The notes beneath the pieces are model-generated. The model was not told the origin of the DNA. It did no database searches and worked only from the letters and a program-made list of their open reading frames with translations. From contig NW_026782393.1 of assembly GCF_031769215.1 (NCBI RefSeq), forward strand, positions 434,001 to 498,000: 64,000 bases of DNA, written 5' to 3'. The position numbers and the translations under genes were made by a program. Source of the DNA: Ylistrum balloti (lineage: Eukaryota). Each line of letters opens with the position of its first letter. Position 1 is the first letter of the stretch. Shown one piece after another: positions 24,097 to 35,810 of this stretch.

Positions 24097-24837
24097 AGCC
24101 CCAATATACGTAACATTCACCAAAAATTTAGTGTAGAATCACACATAATTATTGAGATATTCTCTAAGATGTAGTTAAAATTAAGTTATTCAAACAATAG
24201 TTACTATGACTTTGTGCATAAAGTATTGATATATGAGCAGTTGAAACTCACTATTTGTAAACACACCTCCATTTTAAACACCGCCATCGAAATTACGATT
24301 GTTGCCGAACCACGTCGGAAAGTTCATGACCTGATCTTGCGAGAGTTGAGGTTTCTACTTATAGAGGAAGCACATGCAGATATGTCTACGGTAAGTTTTG
24401 TTTACAAACATGGTTTGCGAAGTCTTGTCGTAGACTTGAGGTATTCCTGTGATAAACATTCAGTTTTTGGGAAATTATTAGAAGGAATAATTAGTTTAGA
24501 AACGATACGACGCACAATTATAACGTAAGAATTCAGAACTGGCCTGATGTATGATTGAAAAAAAGGAAGCGACTGGTGAACGTCTGTATTGTGTCTGCCA
24601 TGTTTACACACGCAGAATATGCGCATGCGCAATGTCATCGCTACGAGCGGTAATGTATGAACTATTGTGGGTCCCACATTGTTTATTTTCCGATTTTTTC
24701 AATTTTTATTTAAATTGAAAACAGTCAGTTTTATTTTCTTTAATTAAAGGAAAGTTTTTGTTTTGTTACATATATTACGGGGAAAATAAGATAAATTTTG
24801 TTTTTTTTTTCTAGTGATTTTTACATATATTGGGGCT
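24097..24837. mobile_element. Non-autonomous DNA transposon with TTAA target-site duplication (Kolobok-like), 741 bp
   Basis: TTAA|AGCCCCAATATACGTAA ... TTACATATATTGGGGCT|TTAA: 17-bp TIR with one mismatch, AG...CT termini, TTAA on both sides (24093-24096, 24838-24841). Confidence 0.85.
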
Positions 24838-24868
24838 TTAAATCTGTCTACAGATTTCAAACACTTAC

Positions 24869-25006
24869 CCCCATGTAATAAATGGCTCAGCAATTCTAAG
24901 CATGTTGATCGTGGCTTTGTTCAGGCGAATGAACACACCATTGTTGATCTGTCTCAAGCGGAACAACTGCATCACCTTCCTGGGTCGTGGATGGACTCCG
25001 TTGATA
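24869..25006 (-). CDS. RPL7: 60S ribosomal protein L7, exon 4
   Basis: ttttttag acceptor, gtaagt donor; [46 protein letters not shown]. Confidence 0.97.
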
Positions 25007-26308
25007 CTAAAAAAGATATTTATATTCAGATATATTTCATTGATTATTTATTTTCCATCAATAGATTATCAACAGTGATTATATTTCTTAGTTATTTGGT
25101 AATCAATATGATTCAATAATCAATAGCAACAAGTTTCTAGAACCACTGCCATCCTGACCCAAATCTTAAGGTGACATATGCAGTTTGGATCTGTCGCGTT
25201 TTGGAAATTTTTAAGACCACTATGTAAATCAGGACACTGGAAGTAACTTAAGACTTTCTATGTGGTAAGAGACTGGAGGTTTTAGAGGTTTTTGCATGTA
25301 ATTTCCTAGACTTTCTATGCGGTAAGACACCAGTTTTAGAGGCTTTTGTACATACTTTCCTAATATGATTCTTAGAGTAATTAGTTGAATATCAACAAAG
25401 TTAAGAAAAGGATGGGATTAAATACTTTATCATAGTGAAGATTACAAAAAACATGTAACAATCCCTTTCATTTTGGCCTGGTATTGCATAGGAAGTCAAC
25501 AAGATTCTTTATAAAGAAATTGCTATAACTTGACATTTATCTTATTCTAAACTAATAAAACAGTTAAACGAGGTTTTCACATGTATTTATATGTAGACCC
25601 TGTGTAGTAGTGATGGGATGATCATAATACATATAATTATTACAATATAATTACTTAACTATTTAATCTCATCTGATGCAATAATCAATTGTAGTTTTTC
25701 ATAACTGGTACCTTGCCTTAACATTTGCTTGTTTTTTTAGTAAAAACTAAATTTCTATTGTGCATAATAAAAATGCTAATTGCCAATGATATTCCTTCAT
25801 ATGTTAATTCTTGGCGAGTTATTTTTAGGTTAAGTTTTACAAAATAAAAATACTGCAAGGGGGAATACATTAATTTTCTATGAATATTGAATACACAGTT
25901 AACCGATTGTGAAATCAATTGACTACAACAAGAAATCTAGTCGATTTTAACTGGTAATCGATCAAGGATTTTCATTGATTTCCCATCACTATGATAATTT
26001 AATCAACTGATTGAATATAGTATTTATAGCTATCTATGAAATGGGCGTAATCAAAATATGTAAACAAAAATTCGAGAAATGCTTTTCTCGTGAGTGAACA
26101 ATATTCAAATTGACCCTATAATTATCAAAATTGTCGAGCAAACTCAATCAAGAAGATAAATCAACCTTTTGCAACTTAAATCAGCAGAATTTCTTGAAAC
26201 TTAATGCAACAATATTTTTTTGTTTTGGGTTGTAGATGAAATAAACATAATTGAAGCAGTGAATGGTATTGTTTGATCTTTGTACTATAAAAATGGATTA
26301 ATCTGTAC

Positions 26309-26475
26309 CCTCGTATCCTCACAACGAATGCCAGTTTGGGTTCATCAGGGACGTAGAAGTTGTTGTGTTTCCTAGCCTCTCTATGGAGACGGATGGTATC
26401 TTTCTCCATGGCCCGGTATTCTTTGATGTATTTCTCAGCTCTTTTAAAGATAGCCTGTTTCTTTGCAGCCGTTTT
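26309..26475 (-). CDS. RPL7: 60S ribosomal protein L7, exon 3
   Basis: ttttcttag acceptor, gtacag donor; KTAAKKQAIFKRAEKYIKEYRAMEKDTIRLHREARKHNNFYVPDEPKLAFVVRIRG. Confidence 0.97.
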
Positions 26476-27544
26476 CTAAGAAAATAATAAATGTAATATT
26501 TTTCACTTAAAAATATCATATGATAAAATTATATCAAGATTTTATGCACAGAAGAAATGTGTCTCAGTACAGATAATAAATAAGCAAAGATCATAAAACA
26601 AAACAGAGGTAGGCTATGCCAATTTAATGAAATGCAATTATGTAGTCTCAAGAACATTTTAGATGTCACTATTAATCCTGTATCTGATGAGAACAAAGTT
26701 ATTGATGGGATTTGTTACAACTGTCAAGATTTTGTAATGGTAGCCATCACAGAAATGTGCTGGTAACTGTGGTTGTTTGCAGCTTCTAGTTGGAAAAATG
26801 AAGTGATTATATTTTGTTGGCAACCGTCAATGGCTTTGATAAGTTGGTAGATTTAAATTCAACAGCACTTAAAAATAAAAAAAACACACAATAGAAACTA
26901 AAAAAGGTCGGCAAATTATCTTACAATTGAATTATCTTGGCAATAGTCTATTTTCTTGGGGGAATCCCTGTTCTTTCCCAACCACGAGAAACATTCTCGT
27001 TACAGGCCTTCATATCATTAATTCACCAATGCATTTTCTTTACAACCAGTCATGATTTAGGTTTCAATATGCAAGCATCGCTTGGTATTTTATATCCAAA
27101 CTCATATCAGACTACCTTCAAAACAGCCATGCAGTCTTGCTTTATGAAAGTTGTACACCACTCCCAGCAGCAAACAACATGGAGAAGGGCAAATAATTGA
27201 ATTTCTGATTGCACTGGAGGCAAATGAAAACCCAAATGCATCGATAATATAGTGTATCTCAAAAGTATTTATACTTTTTCAATGCATAATATTAAAATGG
27301 AGTCCACAAGTACCCATGTATACAATTCCTTCTCCGTCCACTCAACAGGAATGCATTTTTTTATATTCTTTCACATATAATACAGTGCCTAATGTCAATC
27401 TTTGCAAGTGTCGCTAAAATTTCATGCTTTTATAATGAGGAATTCTGCAAATCAACCAAGACAAGATAAAACACAAAAATGCACAAAGAACTATTAGTAT
27501 TCAGACTCCCTTTATGTCTCTTCAGCCCCTTTTAATCTCTTTAC

Positions 27545-27647
27545 CTTTTTGCTGAGAATAGCAGCCTTGGCCCTCTTGGCTCGAACTTCTTCATTCCTCT
27601 TCCTCTTTTTCAAGAGGGTCTCTGGCACCTGCGGAACCTTCTTTTTT
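27545..27647 (-). CDS. RPL7: 60S ribosomal protein L7, exon 2
   Basis: tttttgcag acceptor, gtaa donor; KKKVPQVPETLLKKRKRNEEVRAKRAKAAILSKK. Confidence 0.95.
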
Positions 27648-28205
27648 CTGCAAAAAGAATAAATTCTTCAAAACTGATTGGAAGATCCGATACACATTTA
27701 AATTATTATTCATTGAATTTTTTTTTTATTCATTCAGTATGTTAATTATCAGACAATCCTTAACCAGAATACATAAGTTTGTAACCCACGTATTGGACTG
27801 AAGAATATGGACTTTGTGTGTAAATCATCTATTGCCGTAATCTGTTTAAACGGTTCTGCAAGATAATGTTCACCACTACACAGAATGAAAGTTGCAGACT
27901 AATGGCAAACTACGAAAGACCATGTCAGAGAAATGTTAACACAGCGTTACTATCGAGAAATTTGAGTTATTCACGACAAAATAAAGAAGTTATATTAACA
28001 ACATTTTGATGTAGACGTCGCCATGTTGACATGACGTACAATTTTGTGACGATTATAGTACAATTATAACATGTTGAAGTAAATATACTGATAATACATG
28101 TTGTTTTAATACTGAACTGTGATGGGAAATGAGAAAAACATATAAAACTCAAGTTCTGACATGGATGATATCGGATTGAAAATGCATAGCGCTTGCTTCA
28201 CATAC

Positions 28206-28216
28206 GTTTCCGCCAT
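28206..28216 (-). CDS. RPL7: 60S ribosomal protein L7, exon 1 (coding part ATG GCG GAA AC)
   Basis: Donor gtatgt. The six exons (11+103+167+138+110+209 = 738 nt) join into an open 245-aa RPL7. Confidence 0.9.
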
Positions 28217-28507
28217 GATGGCCTATTGAAAAGGCCGCTTCAGATATTTAGCACACAAACTTCCGGTATAAGAAAACACTTATTTTGTGATAATCTTTTG
28301 ATTTTGTAACAACAAAAATTATTTTACTTAAAAAAGATTTTTCTCTTTTTCATCAATAAACTACTTCTCTGAAGAATTGTTTTTTTTTTTAATTTATTGT
28401 CAATGTTGTTAGCGAACCACTGATTTTAGGGTTAAAGGTGATAGGTCACGTTGACTTATAGGCAACAGCATGACAGGTGCGTTGAACTGTCAGTCTCAGT
28501 CGCGACG
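28217..28507. promoter_or_regulatory. Bidirectional promoter region RPL7 / RDH10-like, with TCT (5'TOP) initiator, ETS site and nuclear-receptor-like half-sites
   Basis: Only 291 nt between the divergent ATGs. Minus-strand CCTTTTC (28234-28228) fits the TCT consensus YC+1TYTYY. ACTTCCGG at 28259-28266. GGGTTA-a-AGGTGA-t-AGGTCA-cgt-TGACTT at 28429-28457. Confidence 0.8.
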
Positions 28508-28854
28508 ATGGAGAGGAAGGTAGAAAGGATGGATTCCACTGCAGACGACAGTTCTGAAACAGAAACTGTTTTAAGTATTCTGAAAGATTTGATGACATGC
28601 TTAAAGCATGTTGTAGTTGCATTGTGTGTGAGTGTATGGAGATTTTTCATTTCACCGCCAAGAAAATGTGTAAAAAATGAAATTGTACTAATCACAGGTA
28701 GCGGATCGGGGATCGGCAGACAATTAGCAGAAGAATTTGCTAAACTTGGAGCAATTCTAGTTCTTTGGGATATTCAGGAACGGACAAATTTAGAGACAGC
28801 AGAATTAGTTCGACAAGCTGGCGCACAATGTTATTGTTACATTTGCGATGTTGG
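28508..28854 (+). CDS. RDH10: SDR16C-family retinol dehydrogenase (RDH10-like), exon 1
   Basis: N-terminal hydrophobic anchor, Rossmann motif VLITGSGSGIGRQLA, LVLWDI, YICDVG|gtgagt (phase 2). Orthology within SDR16C is inferred from sequence plus the RPL7 adjacency. Confidence 0.85.
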
Positions 28855-31562
28855 GTGAGTTTTGTATATATGTAATTCCATCAGCTTGTATACGTTTAGT
28901 GTATTTGGTAGGCGAGTAGAAATGATTCCCAAACTATGCTAGAGGCCAACGTGACGAAATGTCAAGTTGTTAGCATGTCATGCCATAGTAACAGCACAGA
29001 ACAAATTGACCTGTCAACCCTCCCATGATGGTATGGTTTATTGTTCATAATTTAAACAGCCTCGCCAACCTCTAGGCATCCGATGTCTGGTATAATCAAG
29101 GGTGACGGGGAGGATGAAGTGTCATCAAAGGAAAAAATGTATAACCCACTATGTTGTATAGAGTCAGGGACGCAGATAAAGAGTATTTTGACTATAGTAG
29201 GACCAAATTGATTTGAAAATACTGATTGAAAGTTAAGAACTATAAGATTATTCTCATTTTGTTTACACAATTTAAGCATGCAGGTCATGATATGTGAATT
29301 GGCAACACTTTAAATACGCACAGGGACAGTCTGCACAATATCGCTATTTCTATGTGGGAAGGAAAATAGTTATTGTGTGGCTGAATTGGTTTTTCTGGAT
29401 ACACTCAGTTGACATTTAATGTTGAATTTTGCTCAGTTGGTAAAGCCACAGCTAAGTCTTAATTTTTCCCTGTTAGGTCACTCTGTAGGAAAAGATGTTA
29501 CCAAATTTTAAACAATTAAAAATTTCATGCAATACAATCAAAATCTTCAAAAGTGTTGTTGTAGCCCTACTTTTGAATGACTAATACCTTTTAAAAAATA
29601 CACTTTAAGTTGCTCTGTCTTGTAGACGCATTGGATATTTGAAACAATGATTGTTTGAAAAAGATATACTGTTAATTCTTTTCAAATTTGAGGCCTAGCA
29701 TTGCAAGTCTCCCTCATGCATAGAAGCATGTGTGACACTGGTGCCCAACTAAACCCCCAAATGTTGTATCAATAGCCTTTATTGTAATTTTGGGAATCTC
29801 TAGAAAAGTTAGGAATTCATCTGATTTATACTACAATATTCCCAGCTAGAAAGGCCAAAGTATGGGAGTGGACTTATTCCAGGATAATGAAATAACCAAG
29901 TGTTAGGTTTTAGGGGGAAAAGCCCCTTTCAGAAATGTAGTGGAAATAATAAATTGAGCAATCGAGGTAAACATAAATTGAGGCGTGATGAAGTGAGACA
30001 AGACTGCTAGGGGACACCAGGCTAAGGGCACAACTCAATGTTTTTTTCTTTATGAATATAGATATAGAACAGTGTATTTTGGAAGAATTTAGCTATGAGC
30101 TTAAAGATGATTGGGTTTAATAAAATAAGAACAAATTCTTTAAAATAATGTTTATTAAGGAGAAAGAGGAAAGTTTATGTAGAAAATTGGGAATTTTGGT
30201 CCAATTTTGAGAAGGGATACTCCTTTTGAGCAGAAAAATGAACCAGATTGGATTGTGATAAATAACAGTTTGTAATTTAGTTCTATTAAACAACAATAGT
30301 TATGGATGGACACAGGTGGAATCATATCAGTTAGAGCAGTAGTGGTCACATTATGGTCCATAATCCACTATTTTGCTTGACAAGTGTTGAAGTTGCATTT
30401 CAGTAAATTTTGTTCAAGAACAACTCATTTCATCACCCCATGAACTTGACCAAAGCAATTAAGATTAAATGCTTAAATGAGGTTGCTATGACCTTGACCT
30501 GACTTTGACTGCCATTACTAAAAATCTTAGCATAATACAATAGGTTTTTGGACCATATTTAAGTCACTTATTCATGTTTGGACATCAAACTTGAGAAATT
30601 GATACATTTTTGAAAAAAATTACATGAGATGGTGATGTATTGCATACTAAAATAGAGCTATGACTTCTACTTGATCTGTGACCTTGACAGTGAGAGAAGA
30701 TTTTTATCCCCTGAAATGAGAGGATTGTGTTTGAGTTCAAATGCATCACAAATACAGGGATGTGTCCCAACCTGTTTTAACTGAAATAAAAAAGATCAAA
30801 ACACCAAAAAGTAGAATGATGATAAGCAAACTGTTCACCAATAACAATTTGTTGCTGGACACAAGTAAAAATAAATGTTGACCGTTTGGATTATTTCAGG
30901 TAAGGTTCAACATGACAGATCTTTTTGCTTGAGCTAAAATTTATGTATAAGTGATAAACTGCATAGATAAAGCGGATTTTCTTACCATAACTACAACTTC
31001 TTTTAATATCTTTACATTAAAAACAACACATCAAAATTAACACAAGGAATTCGTATTGAACTGTGCATTTTTGTCATTTTGAAGTCACTTATAAATGTTG
31101 ATAATGATTAATTCAAGTTAGCAATGAATTATTCTTTATAACACAAGTTTGTGTCAGTTTATGAATATGGCCATCAGACAGCATGGGAAGCACAATGTTC
31201 TTGGAGACTCTTAGTGACAAGGGGTCTAAATCCTGAAGCAGCACCATGTAGCATGAAACAAGAGGGACATTTGTGTACATTGAGAATGCCAGGTTTAACT
31301 TGTGAGAGTTTTGGTATGCAGCCAATTCACAAAGGGAGTACTGTTCATGTACATGGGCATCTCAGTTGGTATAATTCTTTAGTCCAAAATATAGAAGTAA
31401 ATAGTTCTTGATACTTTCTGGTTTTTTGTTAAGCAATGCTCAATTTACTTAGATAAATGATCACTTAGCATACCCAGGGTACACTTGTTAAAAATGTTCT
31501 TTTTCAGTTTTTTGATACAACTCTGACATAAATTTCTAAGACTGGATTTTCTTCTCTTGTAG

Positions 31563-31728
31563 AAATCGTGATGATGTTTACAAAACAGCCAGAAGAGTGA
31601 AACAAGAAGTTGGTGATGTGACTATTTTAGTAAACAATGCAGGTGTTGTTAGTGGAAAAAAATTGATTGACATTCCCGATCATCAGATAGAAAAAACAAT
31701 CAATGTCAACCTACTGGCACATTTCTGG
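31563..31728 (+). CDS. RDH10: RDH10-like, exon 2
   Basis: cttctcttgtag acceptor; NRDDVYKTARRVKQEVGDVTILVNNAGVVSGKKLIDIPDHQIEKTINVNLLAHFW|gtaagt. Confidence 0.9.
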
Positions 31729-31885
31729 GTAAGTAAAATACCATATATTAAAATTCTGCTAATCAAGGGGAGACAAATATAAGTAAAGTGAAACACCTTC
31801 TGTTAAATTCTGTGTAACTTGGGGAGAGAAATGTTTGTAGAACAAGAATCAATGACAACTTTGGTACAAGAATCTGTTTCAATTT

Positions 31886-31961
31886 ACTGGCACATTTTTG
31901 GGTAAGTAAAATACCATATATTAAAATTCTGCTAATCAAGGGGAGACAAATATAAGTAAAG
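31886..31961 (+). repeat. Local duplication of the exon 2 3' end and splice donor (copy of ~31712-31791)
   Basis: tactggcacattt[c/t]tgggtaagtaaaataccatatattaaaattctgctaatcaaggggagacaaatataagtaaag occurs twice. Confidence 0.9.
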
Positions 31962-33639
31962 CAAGAACCCGTTTTAATTTACAGACGCATTTTGGGTAGA
32001 TTTATATACACATGTGAAAAAAGAAAAAAAAACACATGAAATAATGTTTTGTTAGTGGTAATGAAATTTAAGCAAATCAATTTATATCTTACTGGCTTGT
32101 TATTGGATAAATGAAAAATTAATTACACCATTCTGGGTAAATAGGTGAAAAAAATGTATTTAGAAATTTGTCACTAATACTGTATTGTTCTTTGTGAATG
32201 TGGCATGGTGTTATTGTTATTGTAATAAGGTTTTTTCAGCAATTGTTGTTCAGGTTTTGTTGCATTTCATTTTTCTTGCATTTTTGACACTACAGTGTAT
32301 TATTTCATTTACACAGGCAAAGATTGATGTGTAATTTTAAAATTAAAAAAAAAACCCAAAAAAGTAATGAATTAGCAGAAATATCATTAGCACTTGATAC
32401 GTTATGTTCTCACCGCAACTCAGGGTTAGTCATTGTTGTCCATTTTTTTTTGTACCAGGATATAGGTGTAATCGAGACCTATCCCTACCCTCGTTGTCGT
32501 CCAGTTTTCTGTATAATTGGTACAACAAAACCTATCTCTCTCACACCAGTGTTGTTTACAACAGTTCAAGGTCATCCTTCTTGTTTACTGAAAATAAATT
32601 TGTCGAAAGGACAGAGTATAATGGTTGTTTATAACATAGCACATCTAACACAAAGTCAGGGGATTGGTTTGTGCTTTTACAGCAATACCTACGGATAGAC
32701 CATGCATTATGTTTTTTTTTTATCATCATTCCTCGAAAGTGAAATGAATTTTAGGGTAATCAAATAAACTTTATGAATAGATGTTAATCTACTGTATTAC
32801 ATTTTCCCAGTGAAACATAGATTAAATCATTGATTTTGCAGACTAACACTAATAAAAAGGCAGAACACAAATCGTCTTATCAGATTGACAAATCATGAAG
32901 CCTTGTACAAAACAAAAAGAACTCCAGAAACCTGAAGGAGTTGTTTACTACAAACACGACCTTCAGTTCCATCTGAAGTCAGCAAACAATGCAACTAAAA
33001 TGACCTTATCAGAGATCAAACCCGATCCCCAACCCAATGTCTTGAAAGTGGAGCTAGACATTTCAAGAGGATTGCTGTCATCAATAGCGACAGCTGGGTT
33101 GCCAACATATTTTCAGGCAAATTGCAACTTGTAGCAGGTTAAACACTCAATGAACGTATTGCAGCAAATTTTGTCTGTTAGTTACATGAATAAGTAACAT
33201 TTTCTATGTGAAGTTAAAAATAAATTGACATTGAAATTGATATTTGTGTCTACATATTTTTAACAATTTAAAAAAAGGACTATATTTTGTCATGTACTGT
33301 GAAGTTATAATGAGCGAGTTGTATCTGCAAAAAGTTACGTTAGCTTTGTCCTTTTATATCTGTCCTAAAATTGCCTATAATTTGGCTATTTTGCTTGTGA
33401 AAATGTAATAATTATACTCAAGGGATAAAGAAAAGCAGGGTAAAATTTGAAGGTGATTCTAGGCAAGAAGTTGAGTGTTATGTTCAATATTTTTAAGTAA
33501 CATTGAAGATTAATTCATACAGAACAAACTGCAAAATCAACGATTTGTATCGGGTTAGTGATTCAGGAGTAACTGAAGGGAATTGAAAGAGAATTCTGTA
33601 ATCTGAAATCGAAATGAACTGATTGTAGGAGCTGGCTAG

Positions 33640-34543
33640 TCAATACCGGGTATGTCCCCCATTCGCTTTCTCCACAACCCTGATTCTCTTAGGCATGGAG
33701 TTCATGAGTGAATTTATCCTCCTCGTTGGGATGTTGGCCCATACTTCCAAGAGGGTTGGTCTCAGTTGGTCCAGAGTAACGGGGAGGCTGGCGTCGTTGA
33801 ACCTGTCTATCCAGCTGGTCCGACAAGAGCTCAATAAGGGATAGTTAGGGGTTGGAATGTGAGGTTATTTAGCTGCAGTAATGGGACAACATGGGATCGA
33901 AGGATCTCATCGCTATACCTAACGACAGTTAAATTTCCCGCTACAGCAACCAATGTTGATTTAACTCCATATGAGATTTCTCCCCACACCATATCCGATC
34001 CATCCCAAACCTATTCGTCTCTACTACGCAGCAGTCGGCAAAACATTCACTATGATGTTGGTATACATGATGTCAATGGTCTGCTCATAACAGGGTGAAC
34101 CGGAACTCATCAGTAAACAACACCCATCTCCACTGCCTTAGGGGAATATTCTGGGGGCATGTGTCACAATCCAAGCCATACAACACTGGCGATGAGCAGT
34201 GGAAGGGGGCAGACCTACAAACGAGTGACGTACCCGCAGATCAACTTCCCGCAATCATTTCTTAAAAGTTTTTGTACAGATAGGATGGTTGTGGTACGAA
34301 GGACAGATTCAATGGCAGTAAGGTGCCAATTGTGCAAATGCGCGATGTTGTGACATTGTGACATCACACGCGGACGGCCATACCTAGGTCTGTCAGCAAC
34401 CCACCCATTTTCCCTTAGACATCTAGCAAGATGTTCTATAGTGCAAATATGGACAACGAAATGTCTGGCAACTGTATTTACCTTTATCCTTGCATAATCA
34501 TTGCAATGGCCTGCCCCCTCTGAACTTTCGACAGCCGTGCCAT
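33640..34543 (-). mobile_element. Decayed Tc1-family transposase with an internal deletion
   Basis: MARLSKVQRGQAIAM...VARHF...ADRPRYGRPRV; WRWVLFTDE; VWGEISYG...GNLTVVRYSDEILRSHVVP; LIELLSDQLDRQV; C-terminal WANIPTRRINSLMNSMPKRI...ANGGHTRY*. The QDNA.PH segment is missing. Confidence 0.9.
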
Positions 34544-35179
34544 TGTTTAATGCTATCAGAAATTAATCAAAACATTGGAAAATGATGTGTCTTTATGAAT
34601 ACTACCTAACGGTATGACGAATAGTGTAACTCAATGTCACAACACTGCTGTGCATGAGATTTTCCCATTTTGTGCTTTCCTCAAAAGGCATTATCACCCA
34701 ATACAATAATGCAACGTTTAATACAGGGCCATGTGAACTGTAGCCTAGAGAGTTGCCAGACCAATTTTCATTGTTTTTAAACAATGCAAATAATGAGTAT
34801 ATAATATTTAATAGTGCCTTCAGTAATAACAAATATAGTTTTCTTGTGTCTCTAATATTTGACACACTTGCGACATATATAATTGTTATAACTAAAGACA
34901 CAATGAAATATCCTCTATGTATGCAGAATTCAATTACTATATAGCAGCGGATGTAGACATTACAAAATGGCAAGGATGCTAAAAGTAGATAAAATTCAAT
35001 CATTACTTTGGATCTATACTGTCTAGCTGACATGTTGGTAAACTGTAAACATCCACCCTCGCACACTTCTCTGGGGTCTTAATTCACTTAAGGATGTATG
35101 CAGGCTATCTCTTGTTAAAGGCCATTATAAAAGATGAGACCATTATAACAGCTTCTGTTATGAATCATCATCTGACATC

Positions 35180-35810
35180 CATTTTCAGCTAACGTGGCCG
35201 ATGGACCGCTTATGCAGCGGTGCGGCATCTGTAATCTGTCCGCCATTGTCTATCTGACTTCAACTTTTCCATTTAAGCAACTTCTGCTCAATAACAAACT
35301 GACCAAATGGCATGGTTGTGGCTGATGGCCTGCTGGGATGAAGTTTGACAAAATTTGTGAAAAGAAATAACCTTGACCCATATTCAAGGTCACATGGGTC
35401 AAATTTGTTGAAACCTTTCAATAACATCTTCTGACTAATCAAAAGTCTCAAAAGCTTTTAAAAAAAGAAATGAATCATATTCAAGGTCACAGGGGTCAGA
35501 TTATCAGAACCTATAAAAGACTCCTTCTGGTAAATGAAACTTCGGAGAAGCAGGATATTTGGTGGAAAGGTGTTTCTAGGTCAAAGCCTTCAAGAAAAAA
35601 AAATTACATTTACCTTTGATCCAAGTGATAACTGTCCCTGTTATGAGTTGAGTATTAGAAGTATTTGTTATAGAAATTGATAAGAATTGATTAGATATGC
35701 CCACTTTCAATACCCAGAATGAACATGTTATACAAGCGATAAACACTGATTCATTTTTGGTGAATATTGAATACCAGGTGAGCAATGCATGTCCTTTGGG
35801 CCTCTTTTAA
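35180..35810. mobile_element. Helentron-type HINE remnant
   Basis: gaccttgacc/caaggtcac cores and an end resembling caggtgagc...gggcctctt. Confidence 0.5.

Noticed and set aside
25608-25991. 11-bp inverted repeat tagtgatggga/tcccatcacta about 370 bp apart
   Set aside because: No TSD or extended pairing; compatible with chance.
34602-35066. 154-aa minus-strand ORF next to the Tc1 relic
   Set aside because: No recognisable motif, non-ATG start and AT-rich codon usage; probably chance or unidentifiable TE debris.
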